From a virus, in the IMG/VR virus record IMGVR_UViG_3300042975_000098: 64,000 nt of DNA, one strand, 5' to 3'. A program made the position numbers and the translations under genes. The notes under the pieces were generated by a model. The model saw only the letters and a list, made by a program, of their open reading frames with translations, was not told the origin of the DNA and ran no database searches. Below are positions 39,319-49,369 of the stretch, piece after piece. Position 1 is the stretch's first letter, and each line of letters begins with the position of its first letter.

Positions 39319-39474
39319 ATGAGCGTGATGAAATCTTCGACTGTCATCACCCGAAAAGCCGTCGCCATATGGAGTCGTCATCGGTCATGCGGCTTCTTGA
39401 AGGTTGCATGCAAAGGCAACGTCCGCGCGCGACGACCTTGATCTTCGCGCGCGGACGTTCTCGACTTGTTTACC

Positions 39475-40266
39475 TTATAGCCCCTGCGATTCAAGATGAT
39501 CGCGAAGGCTCCGCTCGTCATTCGTCATTGGCATCATGCCGCGTTTGTCAAGCTCCCTGACGGGATCGCCCGCGGTCCGAACGATCCCATCGCGAACTAC
39601 CGCGGCCAATGCGGCCCTATCCGCTACATGTATCGTGCGGTCGCCGATGCCGGCGCGAACATCCTGCTCGATGTAATCGTTTCCGGACCCCATCGGACCG
39701 TCCGGGTCGAAACCCATCGCATCGAGAACCAGATCGTTGTCGCCGTCGTCATTCAGCCCGCGCTCGTACACTGCTCCATCAGTGAGATCATGGAACCTGT
39801 TAAGCACATGATCGGCCTCGTCGCTCACATCCGGGTCGCCTAGGATTTCGCGTAGTATCGCAGCGCGCGTTCGTTGCTCCTCTGTAATCGGGTTGTTCGG
39901 GTCAAGCATCTCGGCCTTGATGTCCCTTCCCGGTTCGACGTACAACGCGCCATCGAGGATATCCCTCACGGCGCTTTCGCGCATGCGCCGATTCGCCAGT
40001 TCGGAATCGCCGCCGCCGTACATCTCGCGCATCACGTCCGCCTCCACGCCGTTCTGATCGATCCGCGCCGATTTGGTCAGCGAGGAACCCGTCGACGGTG
40101 ATGTCGCCGCTGCCGCGCGCTCGTTGATCTCCATGGCCTGCTCATCCGTCAGATCCTCGTGCCGCCCATGCGTGCATCCGTATCGTCCCACATTCCCAGG
40201 CTTGGCTCGACACCGGGTCACCGAACCATCAGCATTCATGCCATACCGTTGCTTCACTGCCATCAT
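39475..40266 (-). CDS. Hypothetical protein with N-terminal Cys/His motif
   Basis: YGMNADG..TRC.AK...GRYGC.H..H; SD-like GGAGAG. Confidence 0.6.
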   Translation of the reverse strand: MMAVKQRYGMNADGSVTRCRAKPGNVGRYGCTHGRHEDLTDEQAMEINERAAAATSPSTGSSLTKSARIDQNGVEADVMREMYGGGDSELANRRMRESAVRDILDGALYVEPGRDIKAEMLDPNNPITEEQRTRAAILREILGDPDVSDEADHVLNRFHDLTDGAVYERGLNDDGDNDLVLDAMGFDPDGPMGSGNDYIEQDVRAGIGDRTIHVADRAALAAVVRDGIVRTAGDPVRELDKRGMMPMTNDERSLRDHLESQGL

Positions 40267-40342
40267 CTCTCTCCATTCGATTCTGGCATCATATACGAAT
40301 CCACTCTGCATCTAACGCAACTGTCAACACGGCAAGTCGCAT

Positions 40343-40849
40343 CTACCTGCCTGATGGTTCAACTATCTTCCAAGTGGAATCATTGGAACCCTGCTGTGTA
40401 AACAATCTGAGTTTGTAATCATTCCCGATGACAATGCGTACATTCACGGATGCACCGGTTTTCTCCTTCACTGCCGGGAATTCCAGTGTAGTCTGCTGTT
40501 GTGCATTGCTGATGGCATCCTTGACTTCATCGCTCTTGCATTTAACACCACCAACGGAGTAAGAACAATCTTTCGCGTCTTTATCCTTCGATATAACCAT
40601 TGAATATTTCGAGAATTCGTTCATGTTATAAGTATTTACCTCATTCGTCTGGGTGGTTTGTCTAACGATGAAAGATATTGATGTTCCCACCAATACCACG
40701 CTGATGATCACCAGCGCCGTGAGCGCAGACACCTTATCTTTTTCCTGTGCAACGAAAACCGATGCTATCATCACTGCAACTAGAAAAATCAATGGTAGTA
40801 CGATACCCATGCTATAATCGACTACTGGATGCAACTGTATACTATTCAT
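40343..40849 (-). CDS. Low-GC membrane protein
   Basis: Two TMs; clearly AT-richer than the backbone. Confidence 0.6.
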   Translation of the reverse strand: MNSIQLHPVVDYSMGIVLPLIFLVAVMIASVFVAQEKDKVSALTALVIISVVLVGTSISFIVRQTTQTNEVNTYNMNEFSKYSMVISKDKDAKDCSYSVGGVKCKSDEVKDAISNAQQQTTLEFPAVKEKTGASVNVRIVIGNDYKLRLFTQQGSNDSTWKIVEPSGR

Positions 40850-40851
40850 TA

Positions 40852-41464
40852 TTATTCTTCCTTACTGTCCAATTGATTGATAATCTCCGTGGTGATGTCA
40901 TCAGGATTCCTGCCATCAGTGTTGACAACCACATCGAAGCCATGATGACCGTAGATCCTAGCGCAGAACGATATGATGATGCTCGTGAGATCCTGAAGCA
41001 GATCATCCTTGTCATCGACCGCCGGGTTCACGCAGACCAGCTCCGTTCCGTTCTTATCGGCTAGAAGCTCGAGATACCTGTACCCGAATCGTGTGAGTTC
41101 TGCCCTTATGCTCGAATACGATACGGGCAACGGGCTTACTGCTTGTGAGGATGGCCTCCAGCTTCGGCCTGCGATCGTTCAAGCCCGATCCGACCTCCTT
41201 CACGATCCGGTCAACGTTCCATCCGCGCGCGTTACTGTAATTCACGAGACGCTTCGCTTGCGTCTCAAGATCCGTCTTCCGTTGAGAGGCGCCGCTCACC
41301 CGAGCATAGACGATGGTCTCCCCGTCATGATCCTGCTCATCATCGGGGACGATGATGGTTCCTGATGGTAGCTGGTATGCTCCGGGAATCTGCCCGGCAT
41401 GAAACCACCGGTTCGCGGTCTTCCACGTCACGCCCATCTTCCTAGCGTAACCACTCAGCCTCAT
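40852..41464 (-). pseudogene. IS607-family TnpA serine recombinase, frameshifted and truncated; no tnpB
   Basis: HTH, YARVS, EVGSGLN..R, frameshift near 41100 to LTRFG..., DL..II.SF.ARIYG, then unrelated tail. Confidence 0.85.
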
Positions 41465-41592
41465 AACCACCTCCTCTGTACTAATTATACCATTAAGTAT
41501 AAGACATCGGTGTCTATTTATAACACGCCAGTCGCCGAACCCCGCCGGCGATATTACATGATCCATAGCAGCATGAAATAAGGGAGAACGCA

Positions 41593-43314
41593 ATGCCCAT
41601 ATTCGGCAGGGGTGGTAAGCACGCGGCGCGCGGCAACGAGGATGAGGAACCGCGAACGGGGACGGTGGATCTTTCGGATGAGCTCGATAAAACCGGTGAG
41701 GAGACCGTCAAACCGGTCACGCTGAGCGAGGAGGAGAAGCGCAAGGCAAGAAGCCTGAGCACGGAGGAGATCGCGGCGAACCTCGGTTTGCAGTACATCC
41801 CCAAACTTGACGAGTACTCGACGGACGATGACGCGCTGGCGTTCGTCACCCCGGAGCTATGCCGGAGGTACACGGCGGCGCCGGTCACCGTCGACAGGGA
41901 CGCGGGAACCCTCGCCATCGTCATGTCCGACCCGCGCGACGTCAGCGCGATCGCCGACTTCGAACAAGTGTCCGGCATGCGGGTCATCACCATGGCGGCC
42001 GACGCCGATGACATCTCGTCGCTCATCAACAGGAAGTTCAGGAACGACAGCGACATCGCCCAGCTGACGGAGGAGCTCAGCGAGGCCGCGAATGCGGGCG
42101 ACGCCGACGCCGGCAACCCCGCGTTCGTGGAGGACCAGTCATCCCCCATCATCCAGTTCGTGAACAAGATCATCGACCAGGCCATCAACGACCGCGCATC
42201 CGACATCCACGTGGAGCCCAGGGAGAAGGAGCTGGCGATCCGCTATCGCGTGGACGGCGTGCTCCACGAGGTCCAGACCATACCGAAGACCATGATGAAC
42301 CGAGTGCTGTCGCGCATCAAGATCATGGCGAACCTGAACATCGCCGAGCGCCGGCGCCCGCAGGACGGTCGCATCCGCGTGCGTCACGGCGACACCATGG
42401 TCGACCTCCGAGTCGCCGTGCTGCCGACCATATACGGCGAGAAGATCACCATGCGAATCCTCAACGCACCGGTCGGCGCGCTGACGCTCACCGACCTGAA
42501 CATGCTGCCCGACAATCTCAAGGCGTTCACGAAGGGGTTCAGACGCCCGTTCGGCATGGTGCTCGTCACCGGCCCCACCGGTTCGGGAAAGTCCACCACG
42601 CTGTACACGACGCTGAACGCGGTAGCCAACGAGAACGTGAACGTCATCACCGTCGAGGACCCCGTGGAGTACAGGATCGACGGCATCAACCAGGTGCAGA
42701 TCACGAAGAGCAAGACCGGCGACGAGGACATCCTGTCATTCGCCGACGCGCTGCGGTCGATCCTGCGATCCGACCCGGACATCATCCTCGTCGGCGAGAT
42801 CCGTGACTCGGAGACCGCGAAGATCGCCATCGAGGCCGCGCTCACCGGCCACCTCGTCCTGTCCACGCTCCACACGAACGACGCGCCGAGCGCGGCCACA
42901 CGGCTCATCGAGATGGGAGTCGAGCCGTTCCTCGTCGCCCAGTCGCTCGCGTGCGTCGTCGCCCAGCGACTCGTCCGACGATTATGCCGCAACTGCAAAC
43001 GCGAGCACACGCTCACCGAGGAGGAGTTCAAGGCGTTGCAGCTCCCCGGTGACTACGAGCCGGTGCGGATATACGAACCGGTAGGCTGCGAGGATTGCGG
43101 TGGAACCGGGTATCGCGGCCGGCTCGCCATTCACGAGGTCATGCTCATGGACGGCGAACTGGAGAAGCTGACCGCCAACGACGCCACCACCGATGATATT
43201 GCCAAGGCAGCCGCGCGAAACGGCATGGTTCGGCTCCGCCGGGATTGCTGGGCGAAGGTGCTGTCCGGCGACACGTCCGTGGCGGAGGTGCTGCACGCAA
43301 CCACGGCGGACTGA
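41593..43314 (+). CDS. pilB: Type IVa pilus extension ATPase
   Basis: ASDIHVEP, RRPQDGR, GPTGSGKSTT, TVEDPVE, LR.DPD.I.VGEIRD, TGHLVLSTLHTND, CxxC..CxxC. Confidence 0.95.
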   Translation: MPIFGRGGKHAARGNEDEEPRTGTVDLSDELDKTGEETVKPVTLSEEEKRKARSLSTEEIAANLGLQYIPKLDEYSTDDDALAFVTPELCRRYTAAPVTVDRDAGTLAIVMSDPRDVSAIADFEQVSGMRVITMAADADDISSLINRKFRNDSDIAQLTEELSEAANAGDADAGNPAFVEDQSSPIIQFVNKIIDQAINDRASDIHVEPREKELAIRYRVDGVLHEVQTIPKTMMNRVLSRIKIMANLNIAERRRPQDGRIRVRHGDTMVDLRVAVLPTIYGEKITMRILNAPVGALTLTDLNMLPDNLKAFTKGFRRPFGMVLVTGPTGSGKSTTLYTTLNAVANENVNVITVEDPVEYRIDGINQVQITKSKTGDEDILSFADALRSILRSDPDIILVGEIRDSETAKIAIEAALTGHLVLSTLHTNDAPSAATRLIEMGVEPFLVAQSLACVVAQRLVRRLCRNCKREHTLTEEEFKALQLPGDYEPVRIYEPVGCEDCGGTGYRGRLAIHEVMLMDGELEKLTANDATTDDIAKAAARNGMVRLRRDCWAKVLSGDTSVAEVLHATTAD

Positions 43315-43335
43315 CAATGGACGATTGGAGACACG

Positions 43336-44784
43336 ATGGCGGATGACATCGATTTGAACGCATTCTGGAACCAGGCCGTCAGCATGGACGAGAAGGCGGG
43401 GCCGGCCGGAGCCAAGCCCGCAAGGACGCGCCGGACCGAACCCGCGGCGCCGCGGACACCAGAGACTCCCATCATGCCGGTGAAGCCGTCTGTCGCGGGC
43501 GACTCCCCGGTCGTCGACCTCGACGTCGCCATGGGCCGCAAGCCCGACGTGAATGCCGCCAGGGCCAACGCCGCCGCCGCGCCGCCAGTACCGCGCATCG
43601 GATTGGACGAGCTTGAGAGCGCGTCCGACGAGTCCGCCGCCATCGCCCGCGGCAAGGATGACAGGTACGTGGGCATCAGACGCGCCATCGAGACGTACAC
43701 GCCCGGCATCGAACCGGAGTTCGTCGCCGCGATACTGGAGCTCATGCGGACGAAGGCGAGCGACATCCACTTCGCCTGCAAGTCGAGGCCGCGCGTCCGC
43801 GTCGACGGCCGTCTCCACGACGTGCCCGGCACCACGCCATGGGATGATTCGAGGATGACCAACATCCTCACCGCGCTCGCCGACCGCAAGCAGCACAACG
43901 AGTTCGACAAGAACCATGAGCTCGACCTCGCGTACAGCGTCGGCGACCCCGTGGAACCCATGGCCCGTTTCCGCGTGAACGTGTACCATGACAACAACGG
44001 CATCGCCTTCGCGTTCCGCCGCATACCCACCACCATCAAGACCGTCAAACAGCTTGGCCTGCCCGAAAGCCTTATCAAGCTCGCGCAGGCGCCCCGCGGC
44101 CTCGTGCTCGTGTGCGGCCCCACCGGTTCCGGCAAGTCCACCACGCTCGCGGCCATCATCGACCACGCCAACGAGACGCGCGACGATCACATCATCACCG
44201 TCGAGGACCCCATCGAGTTCATCTACCGCCACAAGCGCTGCCTCGTCAACCAACGCGAGGTCGGACGCGACACGCCATCGTTCGCCGAGGCTCTGAAACG
44301 CGCGCTGCGCGAGGACCCGGACATCATCGAGGTCGGCGAGATGAGGGACTACGAGACGATATCCATCGCCATCACCGCCGCCGAGACCGGTCACCTCGTC
44401 TTCGGCACGCTCCACACGCAGGACGCAGCGCAGACGATCGACCGCATCGTCAACGTGTTCCCTGCGGCCGAACAGGAGCAGGTGTCCATGATGCTGTCCA
44501 TGGCGCTCCGCGCCGTCATCGTGCAGACGCTCGTCCCCAAGATCGGCGGCGGCCGCGCCGCGGCGACCGAGGTCATGTACAACACGTCCGCCATCGCCAA
44601 CTGCATACGATCGCACAAGACCGCCAGCATCGCCAACTTCCTGCAGGGCGGGGTCGCCCAGGGCATGCACACCATGGACCAGTCGCTCGCCGACCTGGTG
44701 AAGACCGGCAAGGTAACCAGCCGCGACGCCCTCACCCACAGCCAGAACTCGAAGACGCTGGAAACGCTCATCGCCGGCGTGTGA
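43336..44784 (+). CDS. pilT: Type IV pilus retraction ATPase
   Basis: GPTGSGKSTT, QREVG.DT.SF..AL..ALREDPD, AAETGHLVFGTLHT, AIANCIR (AIRNLIRE-like), GM.TMDQ.L. Confidence 0.93.
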   Translation: MADDIDLNAFWNQAVSMDEKAGPAGAKPARTRRTEPAAPRTPETPIMPVKPSVAGDSPVVDLDVAMGRKPDVNAARANAAAAPPVPRIGLDELESASDESAAIARGKDDRYVGIRRAIETYTPGIEPEFVAAILELMRTKASDIHFACKSRPRVRVDGRLHDVPGTTPWDDSRMTNILTALADRKQHNEFDKNHELDLAYSVGDPVEPMARFRVNVYHDNNGIAFAFRRIPTTIKTVKQLGLPESLIKLAQAPRGLVLVCGPTGSGKSTTLAAIIDHANETRDDHIITVEDPIEFIYRHKRCLVNQREVGRDTPSFAEALKRALREDPDIIEVGEMRDYETISIAITAAETGHLVFGTLHTQDAAQTIDRIVNVFPAAEQEQVSMMLSMALRAVIVQTLVPKIGGGRAAATEVMYNTSAIANCIRSHKTASIANFLQGGVAQGMHTMDQSLADLVKTGKVTSRDALTHSQNSKTLETLIAGV

Positions 44785-44839
44785 CCAACACGCCGCCCAT
44801 GATATTGCGACACGCAGAGGAACAAGCGTAAGGAGCATC

Positions 44840-46120
44840 ATGGCAGAGAACGACGACACCGAGAAGGACTCGACCTACTCATACCAGGCCGTGGACAAGA
44901 GCACCGAGCGCCACGGCTCCGCGCAGGTCGTCAAAGGCGTCATCGAGGCGAAGAGCCAAAGCCACGCCATCGCGAAGCTCCAAGCCAAGGGCCTCATCCC
45001 CATCAAGGTCGTCAAGGGCACTGGCGCCGTCGGGCTCGACCGGGACATCAGCATACCCGGCATGAAGAAGCGCCCCAAGCTCACGGATCTCGCCGTCATG
45101 AGCCGGCAACTGTCCACCATGGTCGACGCGGGACTCCCGCTCATCAAGGCGCTCGGCATCGTGGAGACGCAGATGAGCAACAAGATGCTCAAGGACGCCA
45201 TCAAGGACGTGCGCATGGACGTCGAGGCCGGGCAGTCGCTCGCCGACGGCCTATCCAAACACGAGGACGTGTTCCCGCTGCTCATGATCTACATGGTCAA
45301 GGCCGGTCAGGAGGGCGGGTTCCTCGAACGCGCCCTCCTCAGCGTCGCCGACAACTTCGAAGCCGACGTGAAGCTCCGACGGCAGATCAAATCGGCCATG
45401 GCCTACCCCATCGTCGTCCTCGTCGTCGCCCTCATCGCCGTCAGCGCCATGCTCATCTTCATCGTGCCGACGTTCGCCAGCATGTTCGCCAGCATGGGCG
45501 GTTCGCTCCCGCCGCTCACCCAGTTCATGGTCAACCTCAGCCACCACATGCCCGCCATCCTCGGCGTCAGTGCCGTCGCCGTCATCGCCTTCACCATATG
45601 GTGGAGACGCAACAAGAACAAGGACAAGGTGCGCGAGGTCGCCGACAAGATCAAGGTCAAGCTCCCCGTGTTCGGCGAACTCAACAAGAAGATCGCCGTC
45701 ACCAGGTATGCCCGCAACCTGTCGACGATGATGGAGAGCGCCGTCCCCATCATCCATGCGCTCAACATCGTCGGCGAGACATCGGGGAACTGGCTCGTAG
45801 AACAGGCGAGTCACCGTGTCGCCAACGGCCTGCGCGAGGGCGGCGACCTCGGCAAGACCATGGCGACCGAACCGATCTTCCCCGTCATGCTCACGCAGAT
45901 GGTGGCGGCCGGTGACGATTCCGGTGCCACGGACGTCATGCTTGCCAAGGCGGCCGACTTCTACGACAGCGAGGTGAAAGCGACGACGGCCGCGCTCACC
46001 GCGCTGCTCGAACCGCTCATGATCGTGTTCCTAGGTGGAATTATCGGAACATTGGTAGTAGCACTTTACCTTCCGACTTTTTCCATCTTCTCACAGATAC
46101 AACAATCAAACAACATGTAA
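44840..46120 (+). CDS. pilC: Type IV pilus platform protein
   Basis: RQL.TM..AG.PL, two T2SSF repeats, AMAYP, EPLMIV..G...ALYLP.F. Confidence 0.93.
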   Translation: MAENDDTEKDSTYSYQAVDKSTERHGSAQVVKGVIEAKSQSHAIAKLQAKGLIPIKVVKGTGAVGLDRDISIPGMKKRPKLTDLAVMSRQLSTMVDAGLPLIKALGIVETQMSNKMLKDAIKDVRMDVEAGQSLADGLSKHEDVFPLLMIYMVKAGQEGGFLERALLSVADNFEADVKLRRQIKSAMAYPIVVLVVALIAVSAMLIFIVPTFASMFASMGGSLPPLTQFMVNLSHHMPAILGVSAVAVIAFTIWWRRNKNKDKVREVADKIKVKLPVFGELNKKIAVTRYARNLSTMMESAVPIIHALNIVGETSGNWLVEQASHRVANGLREGGDLGKTMATEPIFPVMLTQMVAAGDDSGATDVMLAKAADFYDSEVKATTAALTALLEPLMIVFLGGIIGTLVVALYLPTFSIFSQIQQSNNM

Positions 46121-46287
46121 ATACCAAAACGTTAAATCGTTGGAATACCAACGATTGCGAGACTTTCTTTTTATATAGAAATACCAGAACATTGGATACG
46201 GGTGTATAGTAGATAACTACGCAAAAATAATAACGTCGTTTACCTATGTTTACTGTTTTTTATAACAAGCAGTGGTATAATACAGTC

Positions 46288-48468
46288 ATGGCGAAAAGAA
46301 GAAAACCGATATTGGCAACCGACTATCCACTCATCGCCGCCGAATGGGACACGGGCGCCAATAAAAACGTTGACCCGGGAGCGAGTCCTCAGAGCATTTC
46401 AGCGAACTCCCCAGTGCATTACTGGTGGCGTTGTTCTCATGGTCATCCGTCATGGCTGGCAACGCCGGCGTATCGCACACGATTCCCGCAGTACGGTTGC
46501 CCGTACTGCGGGGGACGCAAGGCGATTCCCGGCGAGACCGATCTAGCAACGCTGTTCCCGGAACTGGCGAAGGAATATGCCGCCGACCTTAATGACGCGC
46601 CCGTGAACACCATCAAGCCCGAGGATAAGCATAACTACTGGTGGAGATGCTCACTAGGTCATACATGGCAGGCGGCGCCTAACACGCGGACGAAGAAGCA
46701 CACTCGCTGCAGATACTGCGCCAACCGATATGCTTGGCCCGGTTTCAACGACTTGGCTAGCAAGTTCCCAGACATAGCGGCGGAGTTCGATGTGGAGAAG
46801 AACGACACCACAGCCGATCATGTCGTGTACAACTCGCATCATGTCATGTGGTGGAAATGCGACAAAGGACACTCGTGGTGCGACGATGTTCGAGCGCGAA
46901 CCGAGCGCCATACTCGTTGCCCGCAATGTCACGGCGTATACAAGGGTTACGGTAACCGATTGATACCGGGAGTGAACGATCTTCTCTCGGCCCACCCCGA
47001 ACTTCGCGAATACTGGAACGAGCCGACCTATGATAATACCCTGCCAAACTCGAACAAAAAATACCAATGGAAATGCCCGAAAGGACACACTTGGCTGGCT
47101 TCGCCGAACTCTCTTATGAGCAGCACCAAGGATTATTGTCCATACTGCTCGAACTCAAGGGTGTGGTCAGGCTTCAATGACCTACAGACATTGTTCCCGG
47201 ACATCGCCAAGGAATGGGATGCCGATAAGAACAAGAGACCAGCATCACAGGCCTTGCCCTTCTCCAATAAACGGGTCTGGTGGAAATGCGCCGCGCATGG
47301 CCACTCATGGTCATCACCGATGAACTTGAGGACGACAGCGAAGAACGCTACCGGTTGTCCGTATTGCTCGAATCATCGCATCTTGGTCGGTTTCAACGAT
47401 CTCGCCACCACGAACCCGGAACTTGCGAAGGAATGGAACACCGATCGTAATGGAGGCCTTACCCCGAAGGATGTCGTCGCCGGCACCGATAGGAAAGTGT
47501 GGTGGCGTTGCGCGAAGGGACATGAATGGAAGGCGGGAGTGTATTCCAGATCCAATCGTAAAATGCCCACCGGCTGCCCCGAGTGCGCCGCCGCCGAAAC
47601 GTCGAGCCGCGGCGAGATCGAGGTGCGCGATTACATCACGTCATTGCTGCCGACCGGCACCGAGGTGCTGGCGAACGACCGTACCGCCATCGCGCCGAAG
47701 GAACTCGACGCGTACGTGCCATCGTTGGCGATCGCCGTCGAATACGACGGGATATACTGGCATACCACGATTGCCGGTCGCGGGCGCGATTATCATCACG
47801 ATAAGTGGGAACAATGCCGCAAACAGGGCATCCGCCTCATACAGATATGGGAGGACGAGTGGCGCGATCGCCGGCCGATCGTCGAGGACATGCTGAAATA
47901 CGTTCTCCACGCTGGCGACCCGATCCGTATCGGCGCGCGGACATGTGCGATCGATGCTGACGTACCCCGGGCCGATGCCGATGCGTTCATGAACGCGAAC
48001 CACATTCAGGGCCGCGCCAACGCGTCGCTTCGCTTCGGCCTGCGATCCGCGGACGGATCGTTGGCGGCGGTCATGCTCGTGGCACGACGTGAGGATGGTT
48101 CATACCTGCTGACTCGGTATGCGACCACGCTTGGAACCAGCGTCGTCGGCGGGTTCACCAGATTGCTTTCCCACATGCGAGATCGCATCGGTGAGCACGG
48201 CAGAATCATCACGTTTAGCGACCATCGCGTATCAGATGGCGGACTGTACAAGTCCAACGGTTTCAAGCAGGACCTCATGCTGCCGCCCGATTATTATTAT
48301 GTGAACGGCGTGAACCGTGAGCATAAGTTCAACTACCGCAAGGCGAGGTTCAAGAGCAATCCGAATTTGCGTTACGAGGAGGGCCTCACGGAGACGCAAC
48401 TGGCTAGGATCAACGGCCTTGAGCGCGTGTACGATTCCGGCAAGACCCGGTGGCTGTTGGACTGGTGA
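46288..48468 (+). CDS. Free-standing putative homing endonuclease: six zinc-ribbon repeats + PD-(D/E)xK + GNAT/Mom-like domain
   Basis: WWxC..GHxW..CxxC x6; S.GE, ELDAYVP..IAVEYDG.YWH, IWEDEW; paralog of 27427..29388. Confidence 0.8.
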   Translation: MAKRRKPILATDYPLIAAEWDTGANKNVDPGASPQSISANSPVHYWWRCSHGHPSWLATPAYRTRFPQYGCPYCGGRKAIPGETDLATLFPELAKEYAADLNDAPVNTIKPEDKHNYWWRCSLGHTWQAAPNTRTKKHTRCRYCANRYAWPGFNDLASKFPDIAAEFDVEKNDTTADHVVYNSHHVMWWKCDKGHSWCDDVRARTERHTRCPQCHGVYKGYGNRLIPGVNDLLSAHPELREYWNEPTYDNTLPNSNKKYQWKCPKGHTWLASPNSLMSSTKDYCPYCSNSRVWSGFNDLQTLFPDIAKEWDADKNKRPASQALPFSNKRVWWKCAAHGHSWSSPMNLRTTAKNATGCPYCSNHRILVGFNDLATTNPELAKEWNTDRNGGLTPKDVVAGTDRKVWWRCAKGHEWKAGVYSRSNRKMPTGCPECAAAETSSRGEIEVRDYITSLLPTGTEVLANDRTAIAPKELDAYVPSLAIAVEYDGIYWHTTIAGRGRDYHHDKWEQCRKQGIRLIQIWEDEWRDRRPIVEDMLKYVLHAGDPIRIGARTCAIDADVPRADADAFMNANHIQGRANASLRFGLRSADGSLAAVMLVARREDGSYLLTRYATTLGTSVVGGFTRLLSHMRDRIGEHGRIITFSDHRVSDGGLYKSNGFKQDLMLPPDYYYVNGVNREHKFNYRKARFKSNPNLRYEEGLTETQLARINGLERVYDSGKTRWLLDW

Positions 48469-48483
48469 CGAACGTCGGCGGCG

Positions 48484-48666
48484 GCGACCATCGGTAACCC
48501 CGATGGCATGAGGTCTCTCATAGCGATTCCCCCAGCCATCGGCCAGCAGTCGTAGACTGGTATCCTCCAGATCGTAGACGCTGGCGAAGTACATGTCGAG
48601 ATCCCGTGCCGGTTTCCCAGCACGGCGTTCTTCGCGAACACGCCCGCGATCATGTCGCCGACATGG
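48484..48666 (-). pseudogene. Degenerate fragment of the nucleotidyltransferase gene at 63338
   Basis: Reverse complement aligns with 63406..63587 (ATGTCGGCGACATGATCGC...GATCTCGACATGTA...). Confidence 0.8.
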
Positions 48667-48798
48667 ATTGGCCCGCGAATACGACCATCGGCCCTGATGC
48701 CGCTTCGCTAATGAAGTGGGAGGGCCGTAGGGCCGATCCGCTGTTGAACGATGCTGGATGAACTAGTTAGATATTCTTTGAGAGAATGGAGGATATCT

Positions 48799-49125
48799 AT
48801 GTCTAAAATAGTTCATGTTGTAGTTGGTGCGTTCGCTTTCGTTGGCATTGTGGCCACGGCGTTGTCATTTGGGTCGTTGGTGTATGCCGATAGGAAGCTC
48901 CATGAGGCATCTCGTGGTTATAAGTATGGTCCTGCCCGTCATATTGCCTACTATTCTGATATCATGCATAGGACCAGTCGTGATATCGATAGTGCTGCTG
49001 TCGAGATGTATCGTAAATCGACATTTGATGATCAGTTCAAGTATGACCAGATGGTGGATGCGCGCGATTCGGCATCTGATGCCACTCTTCCGCCTCGTAC
49101 GGATACGGGAGGAAGAGTGGCGTGA
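48799..49125 (+). CDS. Low-GC hypothetical protein with N-terminal TM
   Basis: SD GGAGG. Confidence 0.5.
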   Translation: MSKIVHVVVGAFAFVGIVATALSFGSLVYADRKLHEASRGYKYGPARHIAYYSDIMHRTSRDIDSAAVEMYRKSTFDDQFKYDQMVDARDSASDATLPPRTDTGGRVA

Positions 49126-49296
49126 TCACCGGCCAATCGTGAATATAAGTTCAACTACCGCAAGGCGAGGTTCAAGAGCAATCCGGAGCTGCGTTACGAA
49201 GAGGGCCTCACGGAGACGCAACTGGCTAGGATCAACGGGCTCGATCGCGCGTACGATTCCGACAAGACCCGGTGGCTGTTGGACTGGTGACGAACG
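49091..49296 (+). pseudogene. Internally deleted copy of the 3' end of the 46288..48468 endonuclease
   Basis: 49091..49140 matches 47833..47882; 49141..49296 matches 48319..48474. Confidence 0.85.
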
Positions 49297-49369
49297 CGGG
49301 CGTTCGCCGACGGTGCGAGCGCCCGGTACCCATCGCGGACGGCCGCTGGCATGAACATCAATGAGCGTC

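Noticed and set aside
42982-44859. 625-aa minus-strand ORF and many similar overlapping ORFs
   Set aside because: Antisense shadows of high-GC3 genes (pilB/pilT etc.) with no motifs
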